DNA of 64,000 nt from Heptranchias perlo. Lineage: Eukaryota. The first letter of the stretch is position 1. Each line of letters opens with the position of its first letter. The notes beneath the pieces were generated by a model. That model had not been told where the DNA came from. It saw only the letters and a list, made by a program, of their open reading frames with translations, and ran no database searches. Below, in pieces: positions 1-12,000 of this stretch. A program made the translations under genes and the position numbers. Location: contig NC_090352.1 of assembly GCF_035084215.1 (NCBI RefSeq), forward strand, positions 30,318,001 to 30,382,000. The letters run 5' to 3'.

Positions 1-1131
1 TGCAATAATTTGAGGTCAATTCTAACCATGGCAAAAAGAAAAGTTTTCCATGTTTTTCAATGGGGCTAAGTAATCATTTTTAACCCTCCAGAAGACAAAA
101 TGGTGTTTGGGTGCACTAAACATGCTTCGTGGGTCAGTGCAACATCACAGAATTCTTCCTTTGTAGCTTTCAGTAAATATCACTACCTGGTAGGTTCATC
201 AGTTGCTAAAGTGTCTTCATGTGTATTATTAATGAAATTGATCACAATATCAGTATTAAATCGATCATGTGCCATCTGAGAAGGCAGGAATGGTACGGCC
301 AATGCCACACCTGGAATGGCCACTCGAAGATGTGGAAAGTAGCCAGAGATGGATTAACAGTATGATTTTTCACCCCCATGGAACCATTTCTTAACCTAGA
401 TTGGGCTGCTCATCCTATTTGAGAGAAATTGCAGGAGTGAACTAGTGTGTCTTACCAGCCACACTTTACTCCACCTTGAAATCAAATTATCACCATTTTA
501 TAACATCTCTCGCCAATGAACAAGACTTCATGGCAAGGAAGAGGATACTTGGCCTCCTAGGTTTTAAATTACACATGAAAATCTCTGCTCAAACAGCTCA
601 GCAAGTTTGGTTTGGTCTGAATTTACACGAGGAAAAAAACAATTAGCCTGAGCACTTGTAGGTTTAAATACCAACTGGTTTACCCTTGTGCTAACAATGA
701 TAACTGAAAGACAATCAGAGTGGTCATTTTACATGCAAGGATCTCTGTTATTTTCCACACAAAAGGAAGCACAATCAGATTCAAACCCCTTATTTTCTTC
801 ACATAGCTTAAAATGTTACGTGAACATTTCACATTGTTGCAGTGCCTACCCAGATTGCCTCAAATGAATTGAAAAGAGCACGAGTCAACATTCTGAAACC
901 AAAACTGAAGGGGTTTGAAACAAGGTGGTGGCCTTCCTATGTCCTGGTTGGTTCAATTTAAGATTTTCTTTTAAAGCATTTGAAAAACCATCATATAGAA
1001 AGGGGAATTTAAACCACATTCATATTTGCATTTGTAGATTTATAGCTACAGGAAACATAATTATGATTGGAGGGGAATGGACTAAGTCTCTGGCTCAGGC
1101 AATTTAAATGGCCAGTTATGAAATCTGGACT

Positions 1132-4100
1132 TCAGAGTCCTTGGCCCACAAAATAAGAATTGGAGTGATCCTTAGAGGCTAGTTGCTGGTACTCTTTACT
1201 GGCGATGATATATGGGTTCTCCTTCTGAGATTGAATTTTGGAAAGGTCTTCTTGGCAGAATTGAATATCCCTGCGCATGCTCTTCTGGGCAGCCAGGTAT
1301 CTCGCCTGCCGATTTAGTTTGTAAAGTTTGATCCTTTCCTGTTCTGCCACGGGGTCGTCAAGAACTCCATCCCAGCGCAGAGTCTCATTTATGGAGGTAG
1401 CAAGCTGGTCTACAGAGTAAAAGGAGGAAACACCTGTCTCCTGATCTCCATCGGGTTTATTGCTGATAGCCGTAGGTTTTGGACATTGCTTGGCATCCCC
1501 TTGACTAGCTGACGTTTCAATGCTTGGAGATGCAGAATGAGCATGGCGTTTGCTGCTTTTCCCATGTTTATGAGCTAGAGAGACAGGAAATGTTAGGAGC
1601 TGGACAGCAATAACATTATAAAGAGACAGCATATTTGAGGAGTTTAGTCATTTTTCAGGTAGGCTACTAGAAACAGGTTCCAGCAGCTCAAGCTCATGTG
1701 ATAAAGAAGCACTGATGTGTGTCCCTGGTTGGTTTAGGGTGAAAATTCATTATCATTAAAAGAATCAAGATTTTATTGCAATATCACTGACCCTTCATTT
1801 AATTTTTTGTCAGGCATGGGGAGACTGCTCTCATTATGGCTGTGATATGGAGTGTGATTTATATCTGCTCAACATTTTGTACTTATTTAACATTTAGCTC
1901 CTGCTCAGTGAATCCCTACATGGCATAACTGAAATTAGGAAATAGGCATGTAGGGAATCACTGGATGAACCTGTATCTTACCATTGTGTTCAATCACTTA
2001 TCAATACATTAATGAAGTAGCACCATTGTGCTGTCTTTTTATCTCTTTAATTCCCATCATTCTCCTGATTTCTCTCCAGATTGTGCAAACTCCTCATATC
2101 TGTCCTAAATCCTGATGAGAAAGTAAACAAGCAACCTGCTCCAGGTGTCTGAATTGTTTGAAACAAGTGGGAGGGGGGAGTTTTAGCCCCCAAGAATGGG
2201 TGGGAAGTTAAAATAATAGATTCATCCAGCACAACAGCAACACGGCTCCAATGTGCCCACTTTGGGATTAACAGAGGTGCGTTTGGGTGCAACGAGTAAC
2301 CTACTCGCTGGAGGCGGCTCCATAATTAGTGCAAATGGTCGGATACTTATGGGAGCAATTTACCTCGAGATGTTGAGTAAGTGTTTTTAAATTGAATTTA
2401 AGAGACCTTCAAATTTAACGCCTCCAGCATGGGTTTCCTGGGGCTCGTGAAGCTCGCCAGTGAAACGGATGAGAGAAGGGCTGGATCCATGAGGTAAGCC
2501 TTTATTGCGCTACTTATGGGCCAGGAGGAGCAGGAGTGCTAACCCGCAGCTCACCAAGCTCACCTTTTAAACAGTCGGCCGACCCCCCCCCACGATCGCC
2601 CCCAATACAAACTCCGAAGACTCCAATCTCTACCCAACATCCCCCATACAAACCCCGATCTCTCCCAGCTGCTTTCCCATCCAACAGGCAGCGAGCCTGT
2701 CAATCTGGCTGGCTACCGGGCGCAAGACCTGTTGAAAAAATTTTAAAGACGGCCCAACGTCAAAATTGTCATGATGTGCGGGAAACCCTTACTTCCTGAT
2801 TTCCCGTCTGAAAATTCTCTTCCTGGCTCCAAGTTAATATCCAGGCTGTGGATTACTAATTCCATCTCCCTTATGGGCAGCTGATCATGTCCCTCGGTTG
2901 CTCCACTTAAGTCATGAACTTACTGCCATGGGGAAATTGCAGGGGTGACCCATATCTTAACATTTTACAGTGCAGGGCAGGAATTCATAACATACTAGAA
3001 CAGCTAACTTGTATAGAATATAAAACCTAACCAAGATTGGGAGTGAGTTAACAGCTAAAATTCAATCTTAAATTTCAGCTGACATGTAAAAAATACTTCA
3101 ACCTATGATGTTGCATGAACCCTGTGATTCTGTAAATGTCTTGCGTCATTCTCAGATACCTATTTATTCCGTAACATAGTAAGGGGCGACATAATATTTT
3201 CACCAGGGTTGGTCATTACTAATTCCAAACATCAGGACTCTTATTGTGCTCCGTTACAGTTTGTAATCATAGGGTGCCATCTACTGGAATCCAGCTAAAC
3301 TGCAATAAAATAATCCATATCATAATCAGCACATCAACCAAAAGAATTTGGCTGAATTCTGATAATGATACCTTGCTGTGTGGGTGGTGCTGCTTTCATT
3401 ATTCAGTGACAAGGAGCAAATAAACTGAGATTAAGGAGTTTGCATTGATCCAGAATGGGTCTGAATTCCGCAGGACTTCAGGGAGCTTTACACAGCACAG
3501 TGCAACTCTGACACAAAATGGTAAGCTGGAATCTTGTTGAAACAAATATAAATAAAAGTTTATATATATGCGCTGCCATTATCCTATTTCTCTGTGGAAA
3601 GCTATACAGTGGTCTGGGCAGGTAAATCATCTTGAAATGAACAAATTTGGAGCTGTCTGGGCTTTGTTTTAACTATTCCTTTGCCCACTTTGTGCATCTT
3701 TCTTCATGGTGTATGGCAGACGTAAATGGGATTTACAGTTGTCCATTGGTTTGCAACATGAAGTACAATTCAAATATATTTATTGCCGTAACATCAGCAG
3801 AAGTGGCTCAAGCTTTGCTATGGGGATAAATGCAGTCAGAAAATCATACCATGTGGTTGCTAAATTCTACACCTCTGTGGCTGTAGAGCTTCCACTAGCT
3901 GTGGAGTAAAACTGTGTCGATTGCAGTTTCTGTTTAGGCCATTATAACATTGCTAGGATAAAAGGAAGCAGAGCAAAAATCCACATAGGTGAGACACAAG
4001 AAGCAAAATCTGAAACAAAAACAAAAATTACTGGAAGCACACAGCCGGTCTGTTGGTGCCTGCGGGGAGGGGAGATGGGTTGGCACTTTGGGTGGGTGGA

Positions 4101-4969
4101 GGCCCTTCATTGGAACACAGTGCTGATGTGTAGGGAGGCTATACCCTCCCTGTTGACCTGCTCTGTATCAGTAGGGAGGGAGAAGGCTCGTGTGGAGCAT
4201 AAACACTGGCATGGACCTGTTGGGCTGAATGGCCTGTTTCTGTGCTGTACATTCTATGTAATTTTAGGGCTGGGAGACCCACTGCTCTTTGCCAGAATCT
4301 TCCCTTTTAATTTCAAATCTTTTCCAAGTTTTCCATCTCTCCGATTTTCTTGCCTTTCCTTTAGGCTTTCCACTGCTTAGCTATTCACCTGTACTTTATG
4401 TCTTTAATTTCTTTAATGCTTCTTTCCGTGTCTGAGATGATGTTATATCATTCAGCTGATTATTCCGCTAGTGCTTCCTCTCTGTTTGTCTGTTTTTAAG
4501 TATTTTTTCCTTCCCTCCCCCCTTTTCTGATATATTTGTACATTCCTGAAGAAGTGTAGAAGTCCAAAATGTCAACGGTCTGCTCTCATGACAGGTGCTG
4601 ACTGACCTACTGTTTCTTTCCAGCCTTTTTTGTTTTTGTTACAGCCTCCTATGGTTGGGCTCCAGCTATTAAGTTGCCTGTTTTAAAGAGAATATATACC
4701 TTGTAGTGCTGTAAAAGCCTCAGATATTTTTGAGTATATACTACACATTTTGATTTTAATAATTCAGATACAAATTTTAAATTTGGCCTACCCAAACCAG
4801 TCTCATCTGAAGTCGATGGTGTACTTGAAGAATTTCCTCTTTTCTTACAGGATTTCTTCTTATCCTTATCTCTCTTTTTCTTAATTTTCTTCTTTTCAGC
4901 TGTTGCAGCAGTCAGATTTGTGGTTGACTTTGCCTTATGTTTGCTGGCTGGAATTTTGCGTTCCATCAT
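1132..4969 (-). CDS. LIAT1: LIAT1 (ligand of ATE1, C17orf97 homolog), ~206 aa; coding exons 4969-4792 and 1574-1132
   Basis: Exon 1 encodes a Lys-rich tract (AEKKKIKKKRDKDKKKSCKKR) and ends G|GTAGGC at 4792. Exon 2 follows the acceptor tttcctgtctctctag, joins in phase 1, and contains the Liat1-domain motif ETLRWDGVLDDPVAEQERIKLYKLNRQARY. Human LIAT1 and RAP1GAP2 both lie at 17p13.3. Confidence 0.85.
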
Positions 4970-5479
4970 TAACTATTGGCCTTTCTTATTCCACACTTTA
5001 GCATTAGATTTTTTGGTACTTTTATAATTTCCTCCCTTTTGTTTAAAGCTTTATCTGGGAAATTTCTGTTTCATTTTCCAGAATAACGAATGTCTTCTAG
5101 GGGTAGGGATTTTCAAAAGAATATTTCGATGCACAAATACCCACAGTGAGTTACAGATTCTCAAAGACTCTTGCAGCAGGTTTTGAAGCTGATCACTAGC
5201 TATTTTCAATGCTTTTCTCCTCCAACCGTGCTGGGTTGGATTTTTGTCCTTTCTCCAATTTCTTTAGGGCTCTAGATTATTTTTATATATATCCTCGTTG
5301 TTGAAGCAGTTGCTGTCCAGCTATAGCAGACAGGCCAGCCTGCACTTCATGCTTATTCCATCTGTCTCCTGCTCAATTTCTTTCTCTTTTTTTTTCTCCC
5401 AGCCTGGTTTATGAATTAAATTATTGTTTTCTCTGTGTTTCAGGACACAGGCTCTTTCTAGCCTTTGGCTGCTATGTTT

Positions 5480-6095
5480 TGGCCTCACTCGCTCCAGCCA
5501 CTCGTTCATCACGGCCTCCCAGGGACGCGTTACCATGGAGACGCTCTTCTCCTCCCCTTCGCAACCGAAACACATCCGCCTAGAAACATAGTTCCTTTAA
5601 AAAAAAAACTAAAATGTTGAAAGCACCGATTCAAAAAAAATCGCTGTCTCTGCAACGTTCGAACATTTATTTTGTTCGTGGCTCTGTTTCTGTTTTGAGC
5701 TCACAATTTAGATTTATATATCCTTCCGCGGCCGCACACCGCGTAGTGCTCAGTCTGAGCTCCGGGTGTGAATTCAAAATACGAGGAGGGTTTTCTGGTT
5801 TCCATTAAAAGTTTTAGGCCTTGGCGATCGGCAGGGAACAATGAGGGTCATCGATACAGAGAGTTTAATCTGTGGACAGATTTATGTGCGACTGTTTATG
5901 TGTGTTAAAATTCCAATAGGGAACTGACCTTCGGCATCGACTCTGAGGTTGGTGGAGGGACGGTTGATGGGGTTGCACGGTCGCGGCCGGAAGTTGAATG
6001 GGGGACAATGCAGCGGGATCTGTTTGAGATCAGCGATGCGGAGCTGCTCGCTCTGGATGTGGATCAGTTTTGCACGGACATAGCGGCCAACCGTG
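5480..6095. promoter_or_regulatory. CpG-rich probable bidirectional promoter (LIAT1/EXO5)
   Basis: Locally high CpG density (e.g. ccgcggccgcacaccgcg, tcgcggccgg) between divergent start codons about 1 kb apart (4969 minus, 6008 plus). Confidence 0.6.
5529..5542. promoter_or_regulatory. RFX X-box-like motif in the shared LIAT1/EXO5 promoter region
   Basis: GTTACCATGGAGAC closely matches the palindromic RFX consensus GTTNCCATGGNAAC. Confidence 0.5.
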
Positions 6096-9000
6096 GTATA
6101 TAGTCCATCACTCAATGATAAGGCAACGGGCAGTTGCAGGGGCATTCTGTAAACACCATGTATTGTTCTATATGTATAAATGCGTAGGCTTCGAGGAGCT
6201 CCTGAACATTTACCTGAGGAAGGAGGAAGCCTCCGAAAGCTTGTGAATTTAAAATAAAATTGCTGGACTATAACTTGGTGTTGTAAAATTGTTTACAATT
6301 GTCAACCCCAGTCCATCACCGGCATCTCCACATCAATGATAAGGCATTACACTGAGGCCTAGTCAGAGCTAGGCCATTCAGGAGAGAAGTTCGGAAACAC
6401 TTCTTCACGCAAAGGGTGGTAGAAGTGCGGAAATCTTACCCACAAAAAGCAGTAGTTGTTAGCTCAATTAATAATGTTAAACCTGCGATTGATAGATTTT
6501 TTTACCAGCCAAGGGTATTAAGGGATATGGAGCCTTGACGGGTGGATGGAGCTACCATACCGATCAGCCATGATCTGGTGGAACAGGCTTGAGAGGCTGA
6601 ATGGCCTACTCCTGTTGCCAGTCTGCCTGTCTAGGTGGACATTAAAGATCCACTTTCGGAAGGAGAGTAGACGAGTTCTCACAGTGTCCTGATCAACATT
6701 CTTTCCTCAACTAACATCACCAAACAAAGATTAACTGGTCGTGTATCTGATTTGCTGTTCGTGGGACTTCGCTGTGTAATTTTGGCTACCACATTTACCT
6801 ACTTAATAACAGTAACTACACTTCAAAAAGTAATTCAGATTCTATTAAAGTGTTTTAGAAGGACCTGAGGACATGGTAAGTTGCTGTCTAAATGCAAGTT
6901 CTTTTTAAAACCCATCTTTTTGACTAAGCTTTTGGTCAGTCCCATAACTCAGCATCTGTTCCCCTCATCTATTTTCAATTTGTGAAATGACTTGAGTTTT
7001 TTTTAACATAAAAGATGCAATATAAATGCTAGATGTTGATTACTAGTCATGACATTTTTTTTCCCCGAATGTATTGTCTCCGTGCTGAGGTGTGGTTCCC
7101 TGAGTTTTGGTTGTCCTCTAGTGCCTTGGTAAAGTAGCCTTTCTTCATGATTGAATTTAGACAGTGTGTCAGCAGCAGTTGGGTGCTGCTCTTGGCCTTG
7201 ACATCCAAAGGCTAGGGAGACGGGAAAAAAAGTAATTCAGAGTTTTCAGCAATAGGGGTCATTACTGCTAAGCACAATTCTGTCGTCCCCTGATGTCCAC
7301 ATATACACTTCCAGCAGGTGTTATTGGAGTGTGATCAGGAACAGGAACACTGTCTTTTTAGCATAGATCAGGGATCCAATTTGGATCTTCTGGTCTGTGT
7401 CTGTCAGTATAAGTTCATTTTGAAGAATTTGGGTATAATTAAACATTTTACATTTCAAACCAAAGTAGTGACCTTTAGGAAAACAAATTGATTGAATGCA
7501 GAATGTTCATTTGAAGGTGGTGACTTCAGGAGTATAGTTGTGAGAAAGATTTAATTTGAAGATACTTTCCTCTTTTCCCCCCCCCAAAAAAAAATCTTAT
7601 CCTGTAAGTCATTCTGTGTGTTTGAACGTATATTAGTTAAATAGTATAAAAGATGTCTTTTGGTTTATGTGTGCAGTGCAGTAGAATAAGAAAGCCCAAG
7701 TAGTTGCCCAAGCTTGGTGATGGCATTTCCATGTTGAGCTGTATACTGACATTTATTTTCTTGTTAGAAATCAGGACTCACTCTGTGACTTTTCTGATAA
7801 AGTCTGTATTGATTAAATATTGATGGTTTATCATTTGGCAAAATATTTGGATTTTACATACATAACTCAGATCTTGCCCAGCTTTTTTGTCTCTAACCCA
7901 TTAGATCCCATAGTATATTCTGTTTATTTAATCCATTGAATTTGTTTATCTTTCTCCTCCCCGCTCCTCTTCTGAAGGTATTCACTGCCTTAATGGGTAT
8001 GGTTCCACCAGTCAACTGTTGCCCTCCAGTACCTCATTAGAGCCTTGGTGGTTAGTGTGAACAGGCTGTCTGACTGTGTGGCTACAGCCATTCCATATAG
8101 GCTTGCACTATGGAAGAATATTTTGATAGTTGCTGTACTTTGATGTAGCCAGAGATGCCTAGAACTAGAAATAGCCGTACCTTGCAGGGAAGGAAAAAGA
8201 AAGAATTTGCATTTATATAGCGCCTTTCACGACTCCAGGAGGTCTCAAAGCGCTTCACAGCCGATGAAGTACTTCTGAAATGTTGTTGCTGTTGTAATAT
8301 AGGGAAATGTGGCATCCAATTTGCGCACAGCAAGATCCCACAAACACCCCTGAGATAAATGACCTGACAATCTGTTTTAGTGGTGTTGGTTGAGGGATAA
8401 ATGTTAGCCAAGTGGGAAGATGTACTGGAATAATTTTGTTGAAAAAAAATCGCACAGGATTGCATTTGAGGTTCTCATTATTGTTACACAGCATTAACTA
8501 TTGTTATTAAACTTTGTGCATCATGCCACTTGTAACAGGTAGTTGTACTCTTTTTTTCAATCTCCCTCAAAAAAAATTGCTTCAAGATGGCAAGTGCCAT
8601 GAGACTATGGCTAGCATTGAAGTGCAAAACGTCCTATTTAGTTATCTGTATACGGTTATAATGTCGGATCCTTCAGATGCGTATTTCCTGAGATCTGATG
8701 TAGATATGTAGTTTATTGTTTTGTAGACAGCCATGTGGATAAGAACCAAGAATGTAGGCCAATTGCAGATTTTCAATCTTAGATCAATTGCAATTTTTAA
8801 TTAATTTGAAAAAAAGAATGTATAGAGATAGGTTTACAGAAATATAGTTAATGATCTGAATTCCTGAATTCATAGAAGGGCCTGAACCATGTGAAGGAGA
8901 CAATGATCACACCTCAAGCCTATCCACTGAGTCTTGCTGTACTGCCCCAGGGACAGCTGAAGCTACCTGCAGGTAATTTTAAGTATTTAATTTTATTGAT

Positions 9001-12000
9001 GTATTATTGGTGCTAATCCTTACAGTGCATTGTAATTACACAAAGTCTTGGCTTGGAAGTGTGGATTAGATTGCACTTTTGTGGTTTATATGGCTGAGTG
9101 TCACATCATGCAATGCATACGGTGTGTTTTTTTTAAAGGGGTTCCTGATGATGGTGCTCCCACTAAGCACTGTGCCTGGCAATAGCAGTGTTTGTGAAAT
9201 CCTTTAATACTTTAGTGATGAAATTACTCTTTTGGTGAAAAATAGAAGAGAGCCTGTTTTTCTTCAGATTTAACAATCTAATTAAAATGCATTCCCAGTA
9301 ATTGCATGTTTTAAAGCCACAAGTCTCCCTGATTTTGATAGTGGGCCGTTAATTACAGAGAAAACCATTAAAAGGTGGAATTGATCCCAAGGTGTTCTTT
9401 CCTTTGTTCTACCTCAGTACTTGAGAGGTAAATTTTGCCAAAATCTTTTCTCCCAGTGGACATGAGCAATCCTCCGATCAGCCATCCGGGTCGGCGAAGG
9501 AAAGTGACCCGCTGTCTGAGGGCAGTGGCACCAAAAGGAGAAAGCGGGACAGGAGGACACCGCTGGAGCAGTTCGGTCGAAAGCACCTGCGTGTCACTGA
9601 CCTGAGTCGACAGGCCTGGTGTGAGCAGCAGGTGGTCTATGGGATGGAACTGCCGCACATTCAACAACTGCGAGAGGAGGTACCAGTTGTGAAAGCTGGT
9701 AGCAGTATACACCTGGCAAGGGGTAACTTATTCGACTTGAATGAAATGTTGCTTGTGGCCCAGTATGGTGGCGAAATAGCCACATACCACAGAATGCAAA
9801 GATGCAGATCTGTACCCATGATTCTGTAAGCAGTGCTTTTCAGATCTCAGCCTCTTTGGGAGACCAATAAGCAGGAGCGAAGTGCTTCCCACAGGGAGAA
9901 AAAAAACCTACTAAGAGCAAGGGTTATCTCCTAAAAGCCAGCTCAAGAGCACCCCATGAGTAGGTTAAGAACATAAGAAATAGGAGCAGGAGTAGGCCAA
10001 TCGGCCCTTCGAGCCTGCTCCGCCATTCAATAAGATCATGGCTGATCTGATCCTAACCTCAAATCTAAATTCATGTCCAATTTCCTGCCTGCTACCCGTA
10101 ACCCCTAATTCCCTTTACTTCTAGGAAACTGTCTATTTCTGTTTTAAATTTATTCAATGATGTAGCTTCCACAGCTTCCTGGGGCAGCAAATTCCACAGA
10201 CCTACCACCCTCTGAGTGAAGAAGTTTCTCCTCATCTCAGTTTTGAAAGAGCAGCCCCTTATTCTAAGATTATGCCCCCTAGTTCTAGTTTCACCCATCC
10301 TTGGGAACATCCTCACCGCATCCACCCGATCAAGCCCCTTCACAATCTTATATGTTTCAATAAGATCGCCCCTCATTCTTCTGAACTCCAATGAGTAGAG
10401 TCCCAGTCTACTCAACCTCTCCTCATATGTCCGCCCCCTCATCCCCGGATTAACTGTTGTCTGTGTTTTTCCTCCCGTCCCACCTGACAAGGGATTGATT
10501 GGCTGGTGTCACTGGGATAATCAAAAAGGGTGTAAAATAGCTTTAAAAATTGGGGCGGGGAAGAGAAGTAAAATGTTCCTGTTCTTCCTAGTAATTAAAA
10601 TGAAGGCTGTCACTGGTGCTATTCAAATTGATGGCAGTTGACTTTATTTAAATCCAGCTCCACAAATGCGCTCTGCACATTTGCAAATCTCACTTTTAAT
10701 TTCCATTTCCAAAGATAAAAACTTTTGTGATATTTGATAAACAAAAATTTGTTAATCCTATAAGCTTATACTATTCAGTGTTACCACCGAGTGCGGAGGC
10801 TATTGAAACCTTGACTGAATAGCCTCACTGAACCTACAGTGGGGAACAGAAAATTGTGGCCAGACTCCCAAATAATAGTTTGAGAGATCTGTTGTCTTCC
10901 CCTCCCACTGGTTTCCCTAGGCTGTGTACACAGCTCATACCTGTATGGTATCAGTTTTCCGTAGTTTTTGTTTTTACTCTCCTTTTCTCTTGTTCTTCTG
11001 AAGGTGCAAACGTGCTGGAGGGGCCCAGTAGCTCATCCAAGTGACCATGGTTCACTTGCGAGTCTAGATAGTTAGTTATAGTAGATTGGCTTGTTATTTG
11101 ATTGTGAGGTGTATCACAGCCAAGTCTGATCCTGTCCGCACACGTGTATTTTTCCAACACGGACACTAAATAGTGATTTAGTTGTGGGAACCAAGGCTCG
11201 TGTTCCTTTTCTCCTCTGCCTATTTTGGCTGAGATAATGTAACTCAGGATAGAGGAGGAATCAAAAATTGGATCTTCCGCATCTGAATGAGTCACCATTT
11301 ATCCACTCATTTTCCTGTGTTTTAACTGATGTTTTGGAAGACACAAAGCTCCTGTTGAGGGAATGACAGTTTGATAAAACCAGTACTGCCCACAGTAGTT
11401 TAAGATCTAGTACCATTTCATTGCTGAATGAGGTGGGCTAGGATTGAACTCCTTGCTCTTAAAGTAGATCCTAGTGACAGGTTTAAAGCCATGGATCTCC
11501 CATGTCTATCCAGTTTCATTCACATGCGTACAGCAATTCTGCTGTGTACTATATATCACAATGTTCCATTGAGGGGTGTGTGTTGATAATATGTATTTGT
11601 GCCTCTTCTTCTATTTTAGAGTTGGAGGTCCATGATATTGTCCCAATAAACGTAAAGAGCCGGGAAGATAGCTGGGCTGTTAAGCTGCTTAATCTTCTCT
11701 CAATGATCCAGTTCTTGCAGACCGGTATGTAAAAAGGCACTGGCAGATCGCTACATAAAAGGCACTTACAGGCAGGGAATTTGTATTTCATCAAAAAATA
11801 TTTGAATGCGTTCACCATTTTTCCACAAAGCATCTCAGACTCCTTCGGCTGGGAAGTTTAGTTTGTAGCCTTTTCCACAGCGGCACCCAGTTTGCCTGAC
11901 TTGCTGGATGGAGTCTGATTTTTTTTTTAACCAGTTGCCTTGCTGCCCTCTTCAGAAGGTAGATAGCCCCACCATGGTGAGCTGCTCCACTTATAAATTC

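Noticed and set aside
5321-5575. 84-aa minus ORF as an N-terminal extension of LIAT1
   Set aside because: It ends in a stop, and the frames I read between it and the ATG at 4969 are closed; at most it is a uORF.
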